A program made the translations under genes and the position numbers. The notes beneath the pieces were generated by a model that saw nothing but the letters and a program-made list of their open reading frames with translations, did no database searches and was not told where the DNA came from. Source: a virus (Duplodnaviria > Caudoviricetes). From it: a stretch of 64,000 nt of DNA. This document shows positions 28,628-38,167 of this stretch, piece by piece (within the stretch, counting starts at the first letter, position 1; every line of letters starts with the position of its first letter). The DNA lies in the IMG/VR virus record IMGVR_UViG_3300035228_001973, positions 32,001 to 96,000 of that record; one strand, 5' to 3'.

Positions 28628-29533
28628 TTATTTATTTAACTTTTCCATTATAACTCCTTTAATAAAGGAACTATCCAAGTTATATTTTTTTGATACTTGT
28701 TTTATGGCTTCTTTAACTATATTGTTTTCAAAGAACTCTAAAGCATTTATGTCACCCTGATTACAGTAAGGAAACTTCTTACACTTATCTTTTATTTTTA
28801 CGTATTTACCTCCAGGTCCACCTAACTTTGGAAAGTTCTTATCTTTAACTGACCTAAGTTTTGAATAAACATTCTTAGGTGTATCTATTTGTAATGGGTC
28901 CTTTTTTGGTCCACCAAACGGTGCATCATATGCCCCAACAGAAGATGAGGTTGTTGCCTCTTTGGATTCAATCTTCTCTAAGTTATTATAGTAGTTTAAA
29001 TCCTCGTAAATGTGGTCCATCGCAATTTCAAAAGCTACCATCATTTCAGTAGTATGTTCTAATTCAACATTAACACCCTTCTCTAAAGCATCTATAATAT
29101 TATCAACATCAACTTTGTGATGAGATGCCATATCTTCAATACTCATACCATCAGATAAACCACCTTCTAATTTTTCTTCCTTAATTTTTCTTTTTTGAGG
29201 TTCACCAAATAAAGGTCCAACATAACCACCGGCCGAACCCGCACTAGTCGCTTCATTCGGTTCTTCTTTAGATGTCTCCATTTCATCATCTAAATCTTTA
29301 GCTATTTTAGTTAATATTTTAGTTAAAGTATCACTAGTTAATCCTTCAGTCTTACCTATTTGAGGTGACCATCCTTCATTACCATCTTCTTGCACTTCTT
29401 TTTTAAGACTACTAACCGCACTCATAAATTCTGACGATGAATCACTATCACCATGAGCGGTGTAATTTTTACTCATAGCCGAAGTCATTTGAGTTCCTAT
29501 TGCCTTTTTAAGTTGTTGTGATACATCTTTCAT
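28628..29533 (-). CDS. Charged late protein with a DUF5661-like segment
   Basis: KGVNVELEHT...EIAMDHIYEDLNYY; internal repeat EATSAGSAGGYVGPL / EATTSSSVGAYDAPF. Confidence 0.6.
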   Translation of the reverse strand: MKDVSQQLKKAIGTQMTSAMSKNYTAHGDSDSSSEFMSAVSSLKKEVQEDGNEGWSPQIGKTEGLTSDTLTKILTKIAKDLDDEMETSKEEPNEATSAGSAGGYVGPLFGEPQKRKIKEEKLEGGLSDGMSIEDMASHHKVDVDNIIDALEKGVNVELEHTTEMMVAFEIAMDHIYEDLNYYNNLEKIESKEATTSSSVGAYDAPFGGPKKDPLQIDTPKNVYSKLRSVKDKNFPKLGGPGGKYVKIKDKCKKFPYCNQGDINALEFFENNIVKEAIKQVSKKYNLDSSFIKGVIMEKLNK

Positions 29534-29781
29534 TATTTAACATTTTTTAGTCTTGGTTCCCAAAAACTTCTTTGAGTCCACATTATTTTATAAAATTCTT
29601 TCATAACCTTAGCAACTATTTCACTAACATCTTTGGTTATTTTACCTCTACGTATCTCATCTTGTATTTTCTCGATAATTTTTTTCTCAAACTGATTAAT
29701 AGTCGTTGACCCAAGGAAGTCTTTTATTTCTTTCCTTATCATTATCTCGATGTCGTTTTTGTCTGCCTGTGTTAGTGCCAT
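29533..29781 (-). CDS. Hypothetical late protein
   Basis: 82 aa; TATTTATT variant at 29785-29792. Confidence 0.7.
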   Translation of the reverse strand: MALTQADKNDIEIMIRKEIKDFLGSTTINQFEKKIIEKIQDEIRRGKITKDVSEIVAKVMKEFYKIMWTQRSFWEPRLKNVK

Positions 29782-29792
29782 ATTAATAAATA

Positions 29793-30689
29793 TTAAAAAA
29801 TCTTATAACCTACACTTATTCCTATGCCCCATGTAGGTTGAAACGAACCATCTATACTGTATAAACCGTATGATGGACCAATTAACATACCAAAACCCCT
29901 TCTACTTTTACGTTTTGGAGGTGACTGTATTATATTAGGTTTTATATCCATAAATTCTACACCATTAACGAATGGTATCTGTAAAATACTTGGAGGTATT
30001 GGGTTCCCATTATTATCTGTTGGTTGTACAACTACTCGTGTTAACCCATTTCCCATCTCCAATTGAGATAATGTAAGTGAAAAATTTAAGTTGTGTTTTA
30101 GTTGAGATGATTTTCCGATTCCAAATCTATCCACTAACTCTAACTTCAATGAGTCTTTAAATGGTCTTAACTTAAACCAACTCTGGGTCTCAAGTGTATA
30201 TATTTGGTTGGAATCTTTTATACCTAAACCGATATTACCAACACTATCACGTTCAATGTTTGTCATAACGTCATTAGTGACTATCTCTGAACTCACATCA
30301 GTAACGTATATATTTTTAACCTCTACGTTTTCATCGAGTTTATCGGCTAACTCTTGAATGTTTATTTTAGCGTCATTTAATTTTCTATCTAATAACTGTA
30401 ATTCACCTTCTCTAACCCTTAAAAGTGATTTAACATAAACGTTATCCTCTTCAACAAACTCTACTGAATCTTTTAAATTTTCGATATTATTAAAGAAACG
30501 GTTTTTTTCATTTTCATATTCAACTTCTTTAATTTCTATTTCATTTTTTAATCCTTTAATGTTATCACATTGTTTAAACAATAAAACAATTAATAATGCA
30601 AAAATAACCCCTAAAAAAAACTTAGGGTTCTTCTTGATAAAATCAAAAATACTATTAAAAACGTTTATGATACCAGTTAATGCAATCAT
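29793..30689 (-). CDS. Spanin-like membrane-anchored coiled-coil protein
   Basis: N-terminal TM ending LLFKQC, a coiled coil, and a C-terminal beta-hairpin ending GISVGYKIF; close to an amidase-fold gene. Confidence 0.5.
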   Translation of the reverse strand: MIALTGIINVFNSIFDFIKKNPKFFLGVIFALLIVLLFKQCDNIKGLKNEIEIKEVEYENEKNRFFNNIENLKDSVEFVEEDNVYVKSLLRVREGELQLLDRKLNDAKINIQELADKLDENVEVKNIYVTDVSSEIVTNDVMTNIERDSVGNIGLGIKDSNQIYTLETQSWFKLRPFKDSLKLELVDRFGIGKSSQLKHNLNFSLTLSQLEMGNGLTRVVVQPTDNNGNPIPPSILQIPFVNGVEFMDIKPNIIQSPPKRKSRRGFGMLIGPSYGLYSIDGSFQPTWGIGISVGYKIF

Positions 30690-31276
30690 ACCGCATCTAT
30701 ATTTTTTGTTTTCTTTCTTTGTGAAAGTACTTTAGCCCACTTAGCTTTAAATTTGTCATAGAAAGAGGTAAGTTTATTAATTAACTCCACTAAACCATCA
30801 TCTAATTTAATCATATCTCCATTGATATATACTCCGTTGTCTTCACCTATTGAAAAGTAAAATTCAACATCGTAGTCTATTACTTTACCTGACCAATCCA
30901 CATTATTTGGATATAAATTTAATGTGCCGAAATCAGATAAATCAGATACTTCATTTACAAATTCGTCCATAGTTTCTTGAAAAGATATTTTCTCATCTGT
31001 TGAGAGTTCTAGTTCTTGTTTGGTATTACCGTGTAAAGTAATTAATCCACCAGACACTCTATATGATTTACTTTTATCTTCATCAGGGGTAGTTTGTACC
31101 TCAATTTCTTGTTCAGAATCTACCTCGATATTTGTTGCACCATCATCTTCTATTTCTTGTTCACTAATAAGGCCGTTTTTTGTTAAAACTTTTCTTGACT
31201 CTGTAAGGTCATTTTTACCTAACATATTTCTAGATACATTCAGTAAATTCTTTAATTCATCGTATTGATTACTCAT
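30686..31276 (-). CDS. Acidic hypothetical protein
   Basis: 196-aa ORF in the late operon. Confidence 0.7.
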   Translation of the reverse strand: MSNQYDELKNLLNVSRNMLGKNDLTESRKVLTKNGLISEQEIEDDGATNIEVDSEQEIEVQTTPDEDKSKSYRVSGGLITLHGNTKQELELSTDEKISFQETMDEFVNEVSDLSDFGTLNLYPNNVDWSGKVIDYDVEFYFSIGEDNGVYINGDMIKLDDGLVELINKLTSFYDKFKAKWAKVLSQRKKTKNIDAV

Positions 31277-31868
31277 TTTCTATTTTTTTTATAAACTCTT
31301 CAAAGTTAAAAGATGGATTTAAATCGGTTCGTTCTCTATAGTAATTACTGTAAGACGCTATACCATGAAATTTCTCAATCTTATCCACTTTAACATTATG
31401 ACCAATAAAGGTCGTAGGTATATTGAAGTCAGCACATAACTGATTAACTAATACAGATAAAGTTTCAATTTGTTTATCAGTGTAAGGTTGCCAAAAAAAG
31501 TAACCTCTCCACTTCCTCTCATATATCCTATCTTTATAAATATTACCAATCCAGTTAATGTAACCACCAACTAATGGGTTTTTACGTAACCACCCTAAAT
31601 TTTCTAATGATATGACTATTGTAGATTTATTATGGGACTTCACATCCATATAATTACTATAGGTTTCAGGTGGTATAATTTCATGTACCTCACCCTCTCT
31701 TGAAATCACATAATGAGGTAATTTATTATATTTACCACTCATTCGATATCTAAGACCATTTAAATAATCTTTAGCGTTACGACCCGTATGTGTTAATAGT
31801 ATTTGTTTCTTTTTTTTATAATTACCAATAGGTTTAAGTCCTATCAGTTTTTGAATTTTCACCGCCAT
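31269..31868 (-). CDS. N-acetylmuramoyl-L-alanine amidase (Amidase_2)-fold protein, possibly inactive
   Basis: QILLTHTG, HYVISREG, ISLEN.G, YTDKQIETL and RTDLNP motifs. Confidence 0.75.
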   Translation of the reverse strand: MAVKIQKLIGLKPIGNYKKKKQILLTHTGRNAKDYLNGLRYRMSGKYNKLPHYVISREGEVHEIIPPETYSNYMDVKSHNKSTIVISLENLGWLRKNPLVGGYINWIGNIYKDRIYERKWRGYFFWQPYTDKQIETLSVLVNQLCADFNIPTTFIGHNVKVDKIEKFHGIASYSNYYRERTDLNPSFNFEEFIKKIENE

Positions 31869-33039
31869 CTCTCCTTCTATATGTTAGAATACGTTTATTT
31901 GGTTGTGGAGTGACTTTATTATTCTCTTTTTTTTCTATATTCTCTGATTGTTCTTCTACGTCACTTTCCAAATCAATCACTTGTGATAATTTATCAATTT
32001 TTTTCAATAAATCATCAGTTATCACCATACTTTTTTCATTTTCAGTCTCTTTGGTGTCTATTTTACCTAATTCTTTTTCTAATCTACTTAATAATTCGTC
32101 AGAAACCTCTAAAGGTTTGGGTTCATCACTAAGTAATTCTTTTTCAATTTTACCCGCCTCTTTTGATATATCTATGGGGTCACCTGCTAAATTATCTTTT
32201 TCTGTATCCTCATTTTCATTTTTACCTTTTAATTGATTAAACATGAAATTAGATGCAATTACTAATGAAATCGCTAATGGGTCAAATACAAAGATAATAA
32301 TTAACAAAAGTACGTTAATTATAATATTCATAGGTTTACCTGTTAATTCACTTAAATATTTTAAAGGACCTAATTCACTTGCTATTTCAGCACTACTCTC
32401 AGTATCTAAAATTTTAATATCGATACCGTTAATTGAATCGGTAGCGGTCTCTAACCTAATAGATATTTTATCCCTTTGTGTCACCGCAGTATTTAGCTCA
32501 TTTTGTAATGCCTTTCTTGTACTTGAAGAAGTTGTGGTAATTATTTGACCCGTTTCTTTATCTTTATATTGGATAACATTGTTAGATAAACCATCCCTAA
32601 GACTTGAAATACTTTTATCTAAGACCCCCTTTTCAGTCATTAAGTAATCTCTACTATCTATAAATCTATTTTTTCTAAGTTCTAAAACTTCAACTCTCTT
32701 ATCAACAATACCCGACTTAGTCGCCGTCTCTTGATATGCCGCGGATAAGAATCCATAGATACCAGCAGAAGTAATAAGTACTAATATTATTGTAGCCAAA
32801 GTTAAGTAGAACCTTAACAATTTATTAATCTTACCCCAATATTGGTATAATAGTGACGCGATAACTAATTTAGAAATTTCTAATGATGACGCCATTACTA
32901 TAACCTCAAAGGTTGCTCCCGCAAATAACTTACTAAGTCCTGATACCGAATAAAACGCAGCAGAAACACTCACAGACAACGCCGAGAGTGCCACTACAGT
33001 GGGGAAAATACGTTTTTTAATTTCTTTTAAAATACCCAT
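31834..33039 (-). CDS. Multi-TM coiled-coil membrane protein
   Basis: Three N-terminal TMs (SAAFYSVSGL, LEISKLV, ITSAGIYGFLS), a coiled coil and a TM with FVFDPLAI; TATTTATA at 33058-33065. Confidence 0.75.
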   Translation of the reverse strand: MGILKEIKKRIFPTVVALSALSVSVSAAFYSVSGLSKLFAGATFEVIVMASSLEISKLVIASLLYQYWGKINKLLRFYLTLATIILVLITSAGIYGFLSAAYQETATKSGIVDKRVEVLELRKNRFIDSRDYLMTEKGVLDKSISSLRDGLSNNVIQYKDKETGQIITTTSSSTRKALQNELNTAVTQRDKISIRLETATDSINGIDIKILDTESSAEIASELGPLKYLSELTGKPMNIIINVLLLIIIFVFDPLAISLVIASNFMFNQLKGKNENEDTEKDNLAGDPIDISKEAGKIEKELLSDEPKPLEVSDELLSRLEKELGKIDTKETENEKSMVITDDLLKKIDKLSQVIDLESDVEEQSENIEKKENNKVTPQPNKRILTYRRRDGGENSKTDRT

Positions 33040-33075
33040 AAAGTGATTTTAGTTATCTATAAATAGTTAAAAGTC

Positions 33076-33885
33076 CTATAAGTAATCAAATAAAGTAGAG
33101 CTTTCGTTACGTAATTTACGTAAAGCCTTTTCTTTAATTTGTCTAACTCTTTCTTTAGTTAGACTAAAATCACCCCCAATATCTTCAAGTGTTCTTGGTG
33201 TGCCTGTTAACCCGTAATACTCTTCAACAATATTTCTTTCTCGGTCATCAAGTACTGACATAATACCAAATAACCTATGTTTTAACTCATCTGCCGTGTT
33301 AAAACCTTCATCGGGTTGTACTGAGTCCACATTCTCAAGTAAATCAATTAGAGTGTCCCCCTCATCATTAATAAAGTTATCTACTGACGTTGTTTTGGGT
33401 AGACTTGTAAATTTAGAATCTAATTCAGTATTTGTCTTTTGAGCGACTTTTTTAGCTTTATATAAATCTTGAACAACATTAACAGGTAATCTAATCGTCC
33501 TTGAGTTTTCATTAAGAGATTGTAAAATAGATTGTTTAATCCACCAAACAGCATATGATATAAATCTGAGTTTTTTTGTCCAATCAAAATTTTTGATTGC
33601 CTTCATTAAACCGTAGTTACCCTCAGCAATTAAATCTGACATATCTAACCCTTGATTTTGATATTGTTTTGCGACCGTAATAACAAACCTAAGATTACCT
33701 TCTAACAATTCTTTATGAATTTCGTCTCTTTGTTTTTGTGTACAGTCATTCGAACACATTATATTCGATAATTCTTTTTCTCTTTCGGGAGTCATGACAT
33801 CGATTTGTCTTAAGTCTTTTAAGTACATTTGAATGTCATCTTGATTTAATGTGTACATACTGTTGTTGTCTCTAATTTCTCGCAT
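33076..33885 (-). CDS. RNA polymerase sigma factor, RpoD/SigA family (Bacteroidota-like, lacking region 1.1)
   Basis: NLRFVITVAKQYQNQG, DLIAEGNYGL, RFISYAVWWIKQSI and TKERVRQIKEKALRKLR motifs. Confidence 0.95.
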   Translation of the reverse strand: MREIRDNNSMYTLNQDDIQMYLKDLRQIDVMTPEREKELSNIMCSNDCTQKQRDEIHKELLEGNLRFVITVAKQYQNQGLDMSDLIAEGNYGLMKAIKNFDWTKKLRFISYAVWWIKQSILQSLNENSRTIRLPVNVVQDLYKAKKVAQKTNTELDSKFTSLPKTTSVDNFINDEGDTLIDLLENVDSVQPDEGFNTADELKHRLFGIMSVLDDRERNIVEEYYGLTGTPRTLEDIGGDFSLTKERVRQIKEKALRKLRNESSTLFDYL

Positions 33886-34462
33886 ATTCGTCTAATATTT
33901 GTTTTTCGTATTTAGTTAATTTATCCACACCACTTTCTTTAACCTTTTCAAGTAATTCATCTAATGTTGGTTTTACAAAGGTAACATTTTTTTTCAATTT
34001 AAGCCCATTTATTAAAGAATCTTCTTCATTGTAAAACATATTATCAATTTCATCTTTATCAAAATTCTTCATACTATTCTGTAAGAAGTAATCCATAATC
34101 TTTAACATCTCATCATCATCCTGTTTATTAGGCATTTTTTCATATTGCATATTTTCCGTTTCTAAATCAAATAAATTCAATTTTAACGTATCATCAATAT
34201 GTACCGCCATTTTATTAGGATGTTCAAATAAATACCACTGGTCGACAATTAATCCTATAGTACTGTCAATAAATTCTCTTAAATCCTCAAATTTTATATT
34301 TGATTCGAAATTACAGACCACATGAGTATCAGTATGGTTGTATTTGAGATACTTTGAGGAACTTACTGGTGATAATTGTAACGGTATATCTTTTAGGATT
34401 GTTGAACCCTTTTCGAACTCCGAAAAAATAAACAACATATAAGGTTTAGACTTTTCTTGCAT
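33872..34462 (-). CDS. Hypothetical protein (probable start MQEKSK) with a C-terminal LDELLEK..ESG...LT..EK motif (DUF6576-like)
   Basis: Start revised to avoid overlap with the + strand gene. Confidence 0.65.
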   Translation of the reverse strand: MQEKSKPYMLFIFSEFEKGSTILKDIPLQLSPVSSSKYLKYNHTDTHVVCNFESNIKFEDLREFIDSTIGLIVDQWYLFEHPNKMAVHIDDTLKLNLFDLETENMQYEKMPNKQDDDEMLKIMDYFLQNSMKNFDKDEIDNMFYNEEDSLINGLKLKKNVTFVKPTLDELLEKVKESGVDKLTKYEKQILDEYARN

Positions 34463-34488
34463 ATTACACTTTTTTTTAATTCTAATTA

Positions 34489-34496
34489 TATTTATA
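34489..34496 (+). promoter_or_regulatory. TATTTATA putative late promoter (+ strand)
   Basis: 17 nt upstream of ATG 34514; this copy fixes the motif orientation. Confidence 0.65.
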
Positions 34497-34513
34497 AGAA
34501 AAAACAAATTATT

Positions 34514-35371
34514 ATGAAAAAACTTGTCATTCCTGAATCTGAGCTTACAAATATAATACAAAAAGCCGTAGAAAAAAAACTTATTGAACAAGATTTTACT
34601 ATCGAACCTCAAATAAGTAAAACACCAAGAGAAACTGAATTAGAAAATGTGTTTGGTAAATACAGTGGCGAGATACCCGCTGATATTGTTAGATATATGA
34701 GAAAAAACCCTAAGGTTGTTATAAACCGTTTATTAGATATCTACGGACCCAAGATGTTAGAATATATGACCGATATGGTTATTGATGATGAAACAGAACC
34801 AATTAATGAAGATTCCGCAGATGAAAATAAAGATGGTATCATAAGTCCTGATGAACTTTATAGACATTTTGATTTAGATAAAGATGGTGTGGTAACAATG
34901 GAAGACTACGCGGCTCATGTAGATTTTCATTGTGAAAATCCAGATTTACTTCAACCTTACAGAGAAACTGAAGAATATATAAGTAAGATGGATGATGAAC
35001 GTGACGACTTTGTTGATTTTTTTAACTCGTTAGAAGGTGTAGATTTTCATAATAATATAGTTTCAGAACAATTTGATGAAGACGAAGAAGAGGAGTTTAT
35101 TAAATACCCTGTAGATGATTTTGACTTTGATATGGACGAATCTGACATTACTGACATTTACAACCACAAAGGACCCTTAAGAAGGTTTAGAGGGTCTATC
35201 TATGTTGATGATATGGTTCCTGAGACGGATGATAAAGAATATGATAGAGCAGTCGCTAAAAAAATGTTAGAGTTTTACAGAGGTCAAATTAAAAATAGAG
35301 AAACTTATGTTGGTGGTGTTGGATTTAAACAAAGAAGTTTATTAGACCCCTACGACAATATGGACTTCTAA
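34514..35371 (+). CDS. Acidic EF-hand protein (start revised to MKKLVIP)
   Basis: EF-hand loops DENKDGIISPDE and DLDKDGVVTMED. Confidence 0.75.
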   Translation: MKKLVIPESELTNIIQKAVEKKLIEQDFTIEPQISKTPRETELENVFGKYSGEIPADIVRYMRKNPKVVINRLLDIYGPKMLEYMTDMVIDDETEPINEDSADENKDGIISPDELYRHFDLDKDGVVTMEDYAAHVDFHCENPDLLQPYRETEEYISKMDDERDDFVDFFNSLEGVDFHNNIVSEQFDEDEEEEFIKYPVDDFDFDMDESDITDIYNHKGPLRRFRGSIYVDDMVPETDDKEYDRAVAKKMLEFYRGQIKNRETYVGGVGFKQRSLLDPYDNMDF

Positions 35372-35390
35372 ACCCATATATATATAAATT

Positions 35391-35418
35391 AAAAACCCAC
35401 CGATTGGTGGGTTTTTTT
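35391..35418. terminator. Bidirectional intrinsic terminator
   Basis: aaaaacccacc-gatt-ggtgggttttttt between convergent genes. Confidence 0.85.
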
Positions 35419-35423
35419 ATGGT

Positions 35424-35888
35424 TTAAACCATTTGAAGAGTTATGTTTTTAAAACTATCAACTAACACTCCGTAAGCAGGGTCGGCCCATGTTTTAGAAC
35501 CGATTGATTTCCAGTGATTATGGTCAGCCATCTTAGGAAAACCAGAGTGGATATCTCCAACCGTTAAATTCTCGATAATAACTTTATCAATTATGTAGAA
35601 TTTACTAGCTTTCATAGCTAAGACCGTTTGATAGTTACCGTATTGGTTTTTTACTTCAAGGGTATGTAGTCGATTCTTTTCCCATCGAGTGGCAATCTGT
35701 GAAAGTTTACCTTTACCCTCTGAAATCGTTAGAAACCCTGCAACACACTTAGTGATTGCTCTGTACTCATACTCAGTTTCAGAATCAAAGCCATTATCAT
35801 TTACCATGAATTTACACATTTTACCGTTAACTGATTGTTCTACTGAAAACCCTTTACCCATTACGTTGTCATACTTTTTAATATACAT
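35424..35888 (-). CDS. Hypothetical protein
   Basis: 154 aa; TATATTTG promoter element at 35928-35935. Confidence 0.7.
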   Translation of the reverse strand: MYIKKYDNVMGKGFSVEQSVNGKMCKFMVNDNGFDSETEYEYRAITKCVAGFLTISEGKGKLSQIATRWEKNRLHTLEVKNQYGNYQTVLAMKASKFYIIDKVIIENLTVGDIHSGFPKMADHNHWKSIGSKTWADPAYGVLVDSFKNITLQMV

Positions 35889-35968
35889 ATCTTTCCTTTT
35901 TTATATTGTTAAACCCTTATTGTTCTACAAATATACGGCGGATTTGTCTATAAAAAAAATATTTAACA

Positions 35969-36130
35969 CTATATCTTCACAACTTCGCTAAATTTTACTG
36001 GTTTTGTCAATACCGTACCTATACTAAAATTTTGTTTTAAAATTAAACCATCTTCTCTAACTTCCTGAATAAAGTATGTCGAATCTAACCAACTAACCAT
36101 CTCACCAATTACAAACATGTCACCACTCAT
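35969..36130 (-). CDS. 53-aa hypothetical protein (not in the ORF track)
   Basis: MSGDMFVIGEMVSWLDSTYFIQEVREDGLILKQNFSIGTVLTKPVKFSEVVKI; fills the gap after the 36135 gene. Confidence 0.55.
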   Translation of the reverse strand: MSGDMFVIGEMVSWLDSTYFIQEVREDGLILKQNFSIGTVLTKPVKFSEVVKI

Positions 36131-36134
36131 ATAA

Positions 36135-36686
36135 TCACTGACACTTAATTACGTAATGTACTTGTCTACGAAAACCATTGTACTGCTCATCTGAATTACC
36201 GTAAAGAATACCATCTACCAAAGCTAATGCGTGTCCCTTAACAATCATAAAGTAATTACCCTTTGGGTGTTGTTCCATAAAAGACTTAACTGTATACCCC
36301 GTTTCTTTTTTATATTTAGGGTTGGTAAGTTTTTTTCTACCTCCGAAAGACCTTGTCGGGTGATAACCCATAAGCCTCATTCTCTTACCATTTTTTTGCT
36401 TACCTAAAATATTTTCAAGATAAACCGAAGTATGAGTTCCATTACGATTTACTCTATTAAATTTGTCCGACACGAATTTGTGAGCCTTATCGTAAGATAA
36501 ATCTAATGACATCATAAACGCTCTAACAACACAATCATTACGTTCAGACTTCGCCACTTTACTTTGTGATTTAGCAATAACGTTAGAATCCCTGAAATAA
36601 TCGTCTTTGATTTTTTTTCTAGTTACCTCACCACCCCAAAGAGTTTCAACTGTAGTTGTTTCAATTATGTCGTATTTTTTTGTCAT
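36135..36686 (-). CDS. Phage protein with DCVVRA...GH motif (possible Cys-His peptidase-like fold)
   Basis: NDCVVRA and GHALALVDG motifs. Confidence 0.55.
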   Translation of the reverse strand: MTKKYDIIETTTVETLWGGEVTRKKIKDDYFRDSNVIAKSQSKVAKSERNDCVVRAFMMSLDLSYDKAHKFVSDKFNRVNRNGTHTSVYLENILGKQKNGKRMRLMGYHPTRSFGGRKKLTNPKYKKETGYTVKSFMEQHPKGNYFMIVKGHALALVDGILYGNSDEQYNGFRRQVHYVIKCQ

Positions 36687-36704
36687 ATTTCCTCGTTTGT
36701 TTTA

Positions 36705-36735
36705 CAAATATACAACAATAATTCTATTCTACAAA
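36705..36735 (-). promoter_or_regulatory. Bacteroidota promoter TTTG-N19-TATATTTG
   Basis: caaatata at 36705-36712 and caaa at 36732-36735. Confidence 0.7.
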
Positions 36736-36746
36736 ACGTAAGAAAG

Positions 36747-37604
36747 TTATTTTACTGAATTAATATAATCCTCTATTAAATGTCTTGGTTTCCAATTTAA
36801 AATCTCCTCAGTATCAGTTTTAAATTCCTCACTAACAAATCTTTCTCCTCGTCTTTTAGGTATAAATTCCCATTCCCCAAACATCTCAGCTATCTGTATT
36901 ATAGTATGATTAACACCACTTCTAAGATGCCACTCATGGTTTTTACTCTCTTCACTTATCAGCATTAACCCGTCCACAATATCACCAACATGTGTAAAAT
37001 CTCTCTGTTGATTACCTGGCTCAACAACCGTTAAATTTTCCCCATTATTATATTGTCTTTCAAATATACCTATAACAGTCGCGTAATCACCATCAGTTAT
37101 TTGACAAGGACCATAAACATTATAAAAATAAACAATTTCATAATTTAAGTCGTACCACTTACCATAATTTTTGATTAATTCAACCATCTTAGCTTTAACC
37201 CAAGAATAAGGGGATAAGTTTTCATCTTCACCATCATTTCCAAACTTTGATGATGATGCCGAATAAATTAACTTACTACCCCATTGTTTACACTTTTCAA
37301 TTAACTTAGATGTTGAATATAAATTAGTCTCAATAAGGTAATCAACATCATCAAAAGATTTAACTATTCTTGAATATTCACCAAAGTGATATACGACATC
37401 GGGAATAATACCCCCACCACTATCGATGTAATCATTAACTGATATGTCTACGTAAGTCACATTTGGCGAATCAATATGATTTTCTTTTTTACCTGTAAAA
37501 TAGTTGTCAACAGAGATTACTTTATAACTAGGATACTTATTAACTATACTTTTTATTAGGTTAGAACCGACAAAACCTGCACCCCCTGTAACTAATATGT
37601 TCAT
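36747..37604 (-). CDS. NAD-dependent nucleotide-sugar epimerase/dehydratase (extended SDR)
   Basis: MNILVTGGAGFVGS, YSASSS, SPYSWVK (YxxxK), NVYGP and RDFTHV motifs. Confidence 0.92.
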   Translation of the reverse strand: MNILVTGGAGFVGSNLIKSIVNKYPSYKVISVDNYFTGKKENHIDSPNVTYVDISVNDYIDSGGGIIPDVVYHFGEYSRIVKSFDDVDYLIETNLYSTSKLIEKCKQWGSKLIYSASSSKFGNDGEDENLSPYSWVKAKMVELIKNYGKWYDLNYEIVYFYNVYGPCQITDGDYATVIGIFERQYNNGENLTVVEPGNQQRDFTHVGDIVDGLMLISEESKNHEWHLRSGVNHTIIQIAEMFGEWEFIPKRRGERFVSEEFKTDTEEILNWKPRHLIEDYINSVK

Positions 37605-37605
37605 A

Positions 37606-38142
37606 CTACACTCTTTTTGAATAACCAACTATTTGGTAAAAATCTTTTATTCCATCACAGTAATCTAAGATTAACTGCAATAAGGCTTTAAACATAAACG
37701 CACCTTCACTTTGTTTTTCACATCTAATAAATAGTTCAATAAATGTTGTTAAGGTATCCATTTGATAGTATCCGTGACCGTTTAGTTCATTGTATACTTC
37801 ATCCAACTCATCTTTAACTTTTAATTCGTAATTATCTCTTTCATCAGTAGTCTTAAATGGTTCCATTTGGTCATACTTGTCTAACATATTATATACGAAA
37901 CCTCTAACCAAACCTTTATTGTATTCACACTTAACAAGTAAATCAACAATCCAATGAGTATGACTTGGGGTTCTTAATCGTTTTCCAGGTTCCCTATATT
38001 TTACAATAAAGTCTAAATCAGGGTTATCCCCTCTAAATCCTTGATAGGTGGCAATATGTGTACCATCTCTCATTTTATAATATTTTAGTGGTGGATAGTA
38101 CTCGTCTGTCCCTCTTTTCTTGTATGTTAACTCTTTTACCAT
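37606..38142 (-). CDS. Hypothetical protein
   Basis: 178-aa ORF. Confidence 0.7.
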   Translation of the reverse strand: MVKELTYKKRGTDEYYPPLKYYKMRDGTHIATYQGFRGDNPDLDFIVKYREPGKRLRTPSHTHWIVDLLVKCEYNKGLVRGFVYNMLDKYDQMEPFKTTDERDNYELKVKDELDEVYNELNGHGYYQMDTLTTFIELFIRCEKQSEGAFMFKALLQLILDYCDGIKDFYQIVGYSKRV

Positions 38143-38167
38143 TTTATTTATTTTAAATTAATATTTT

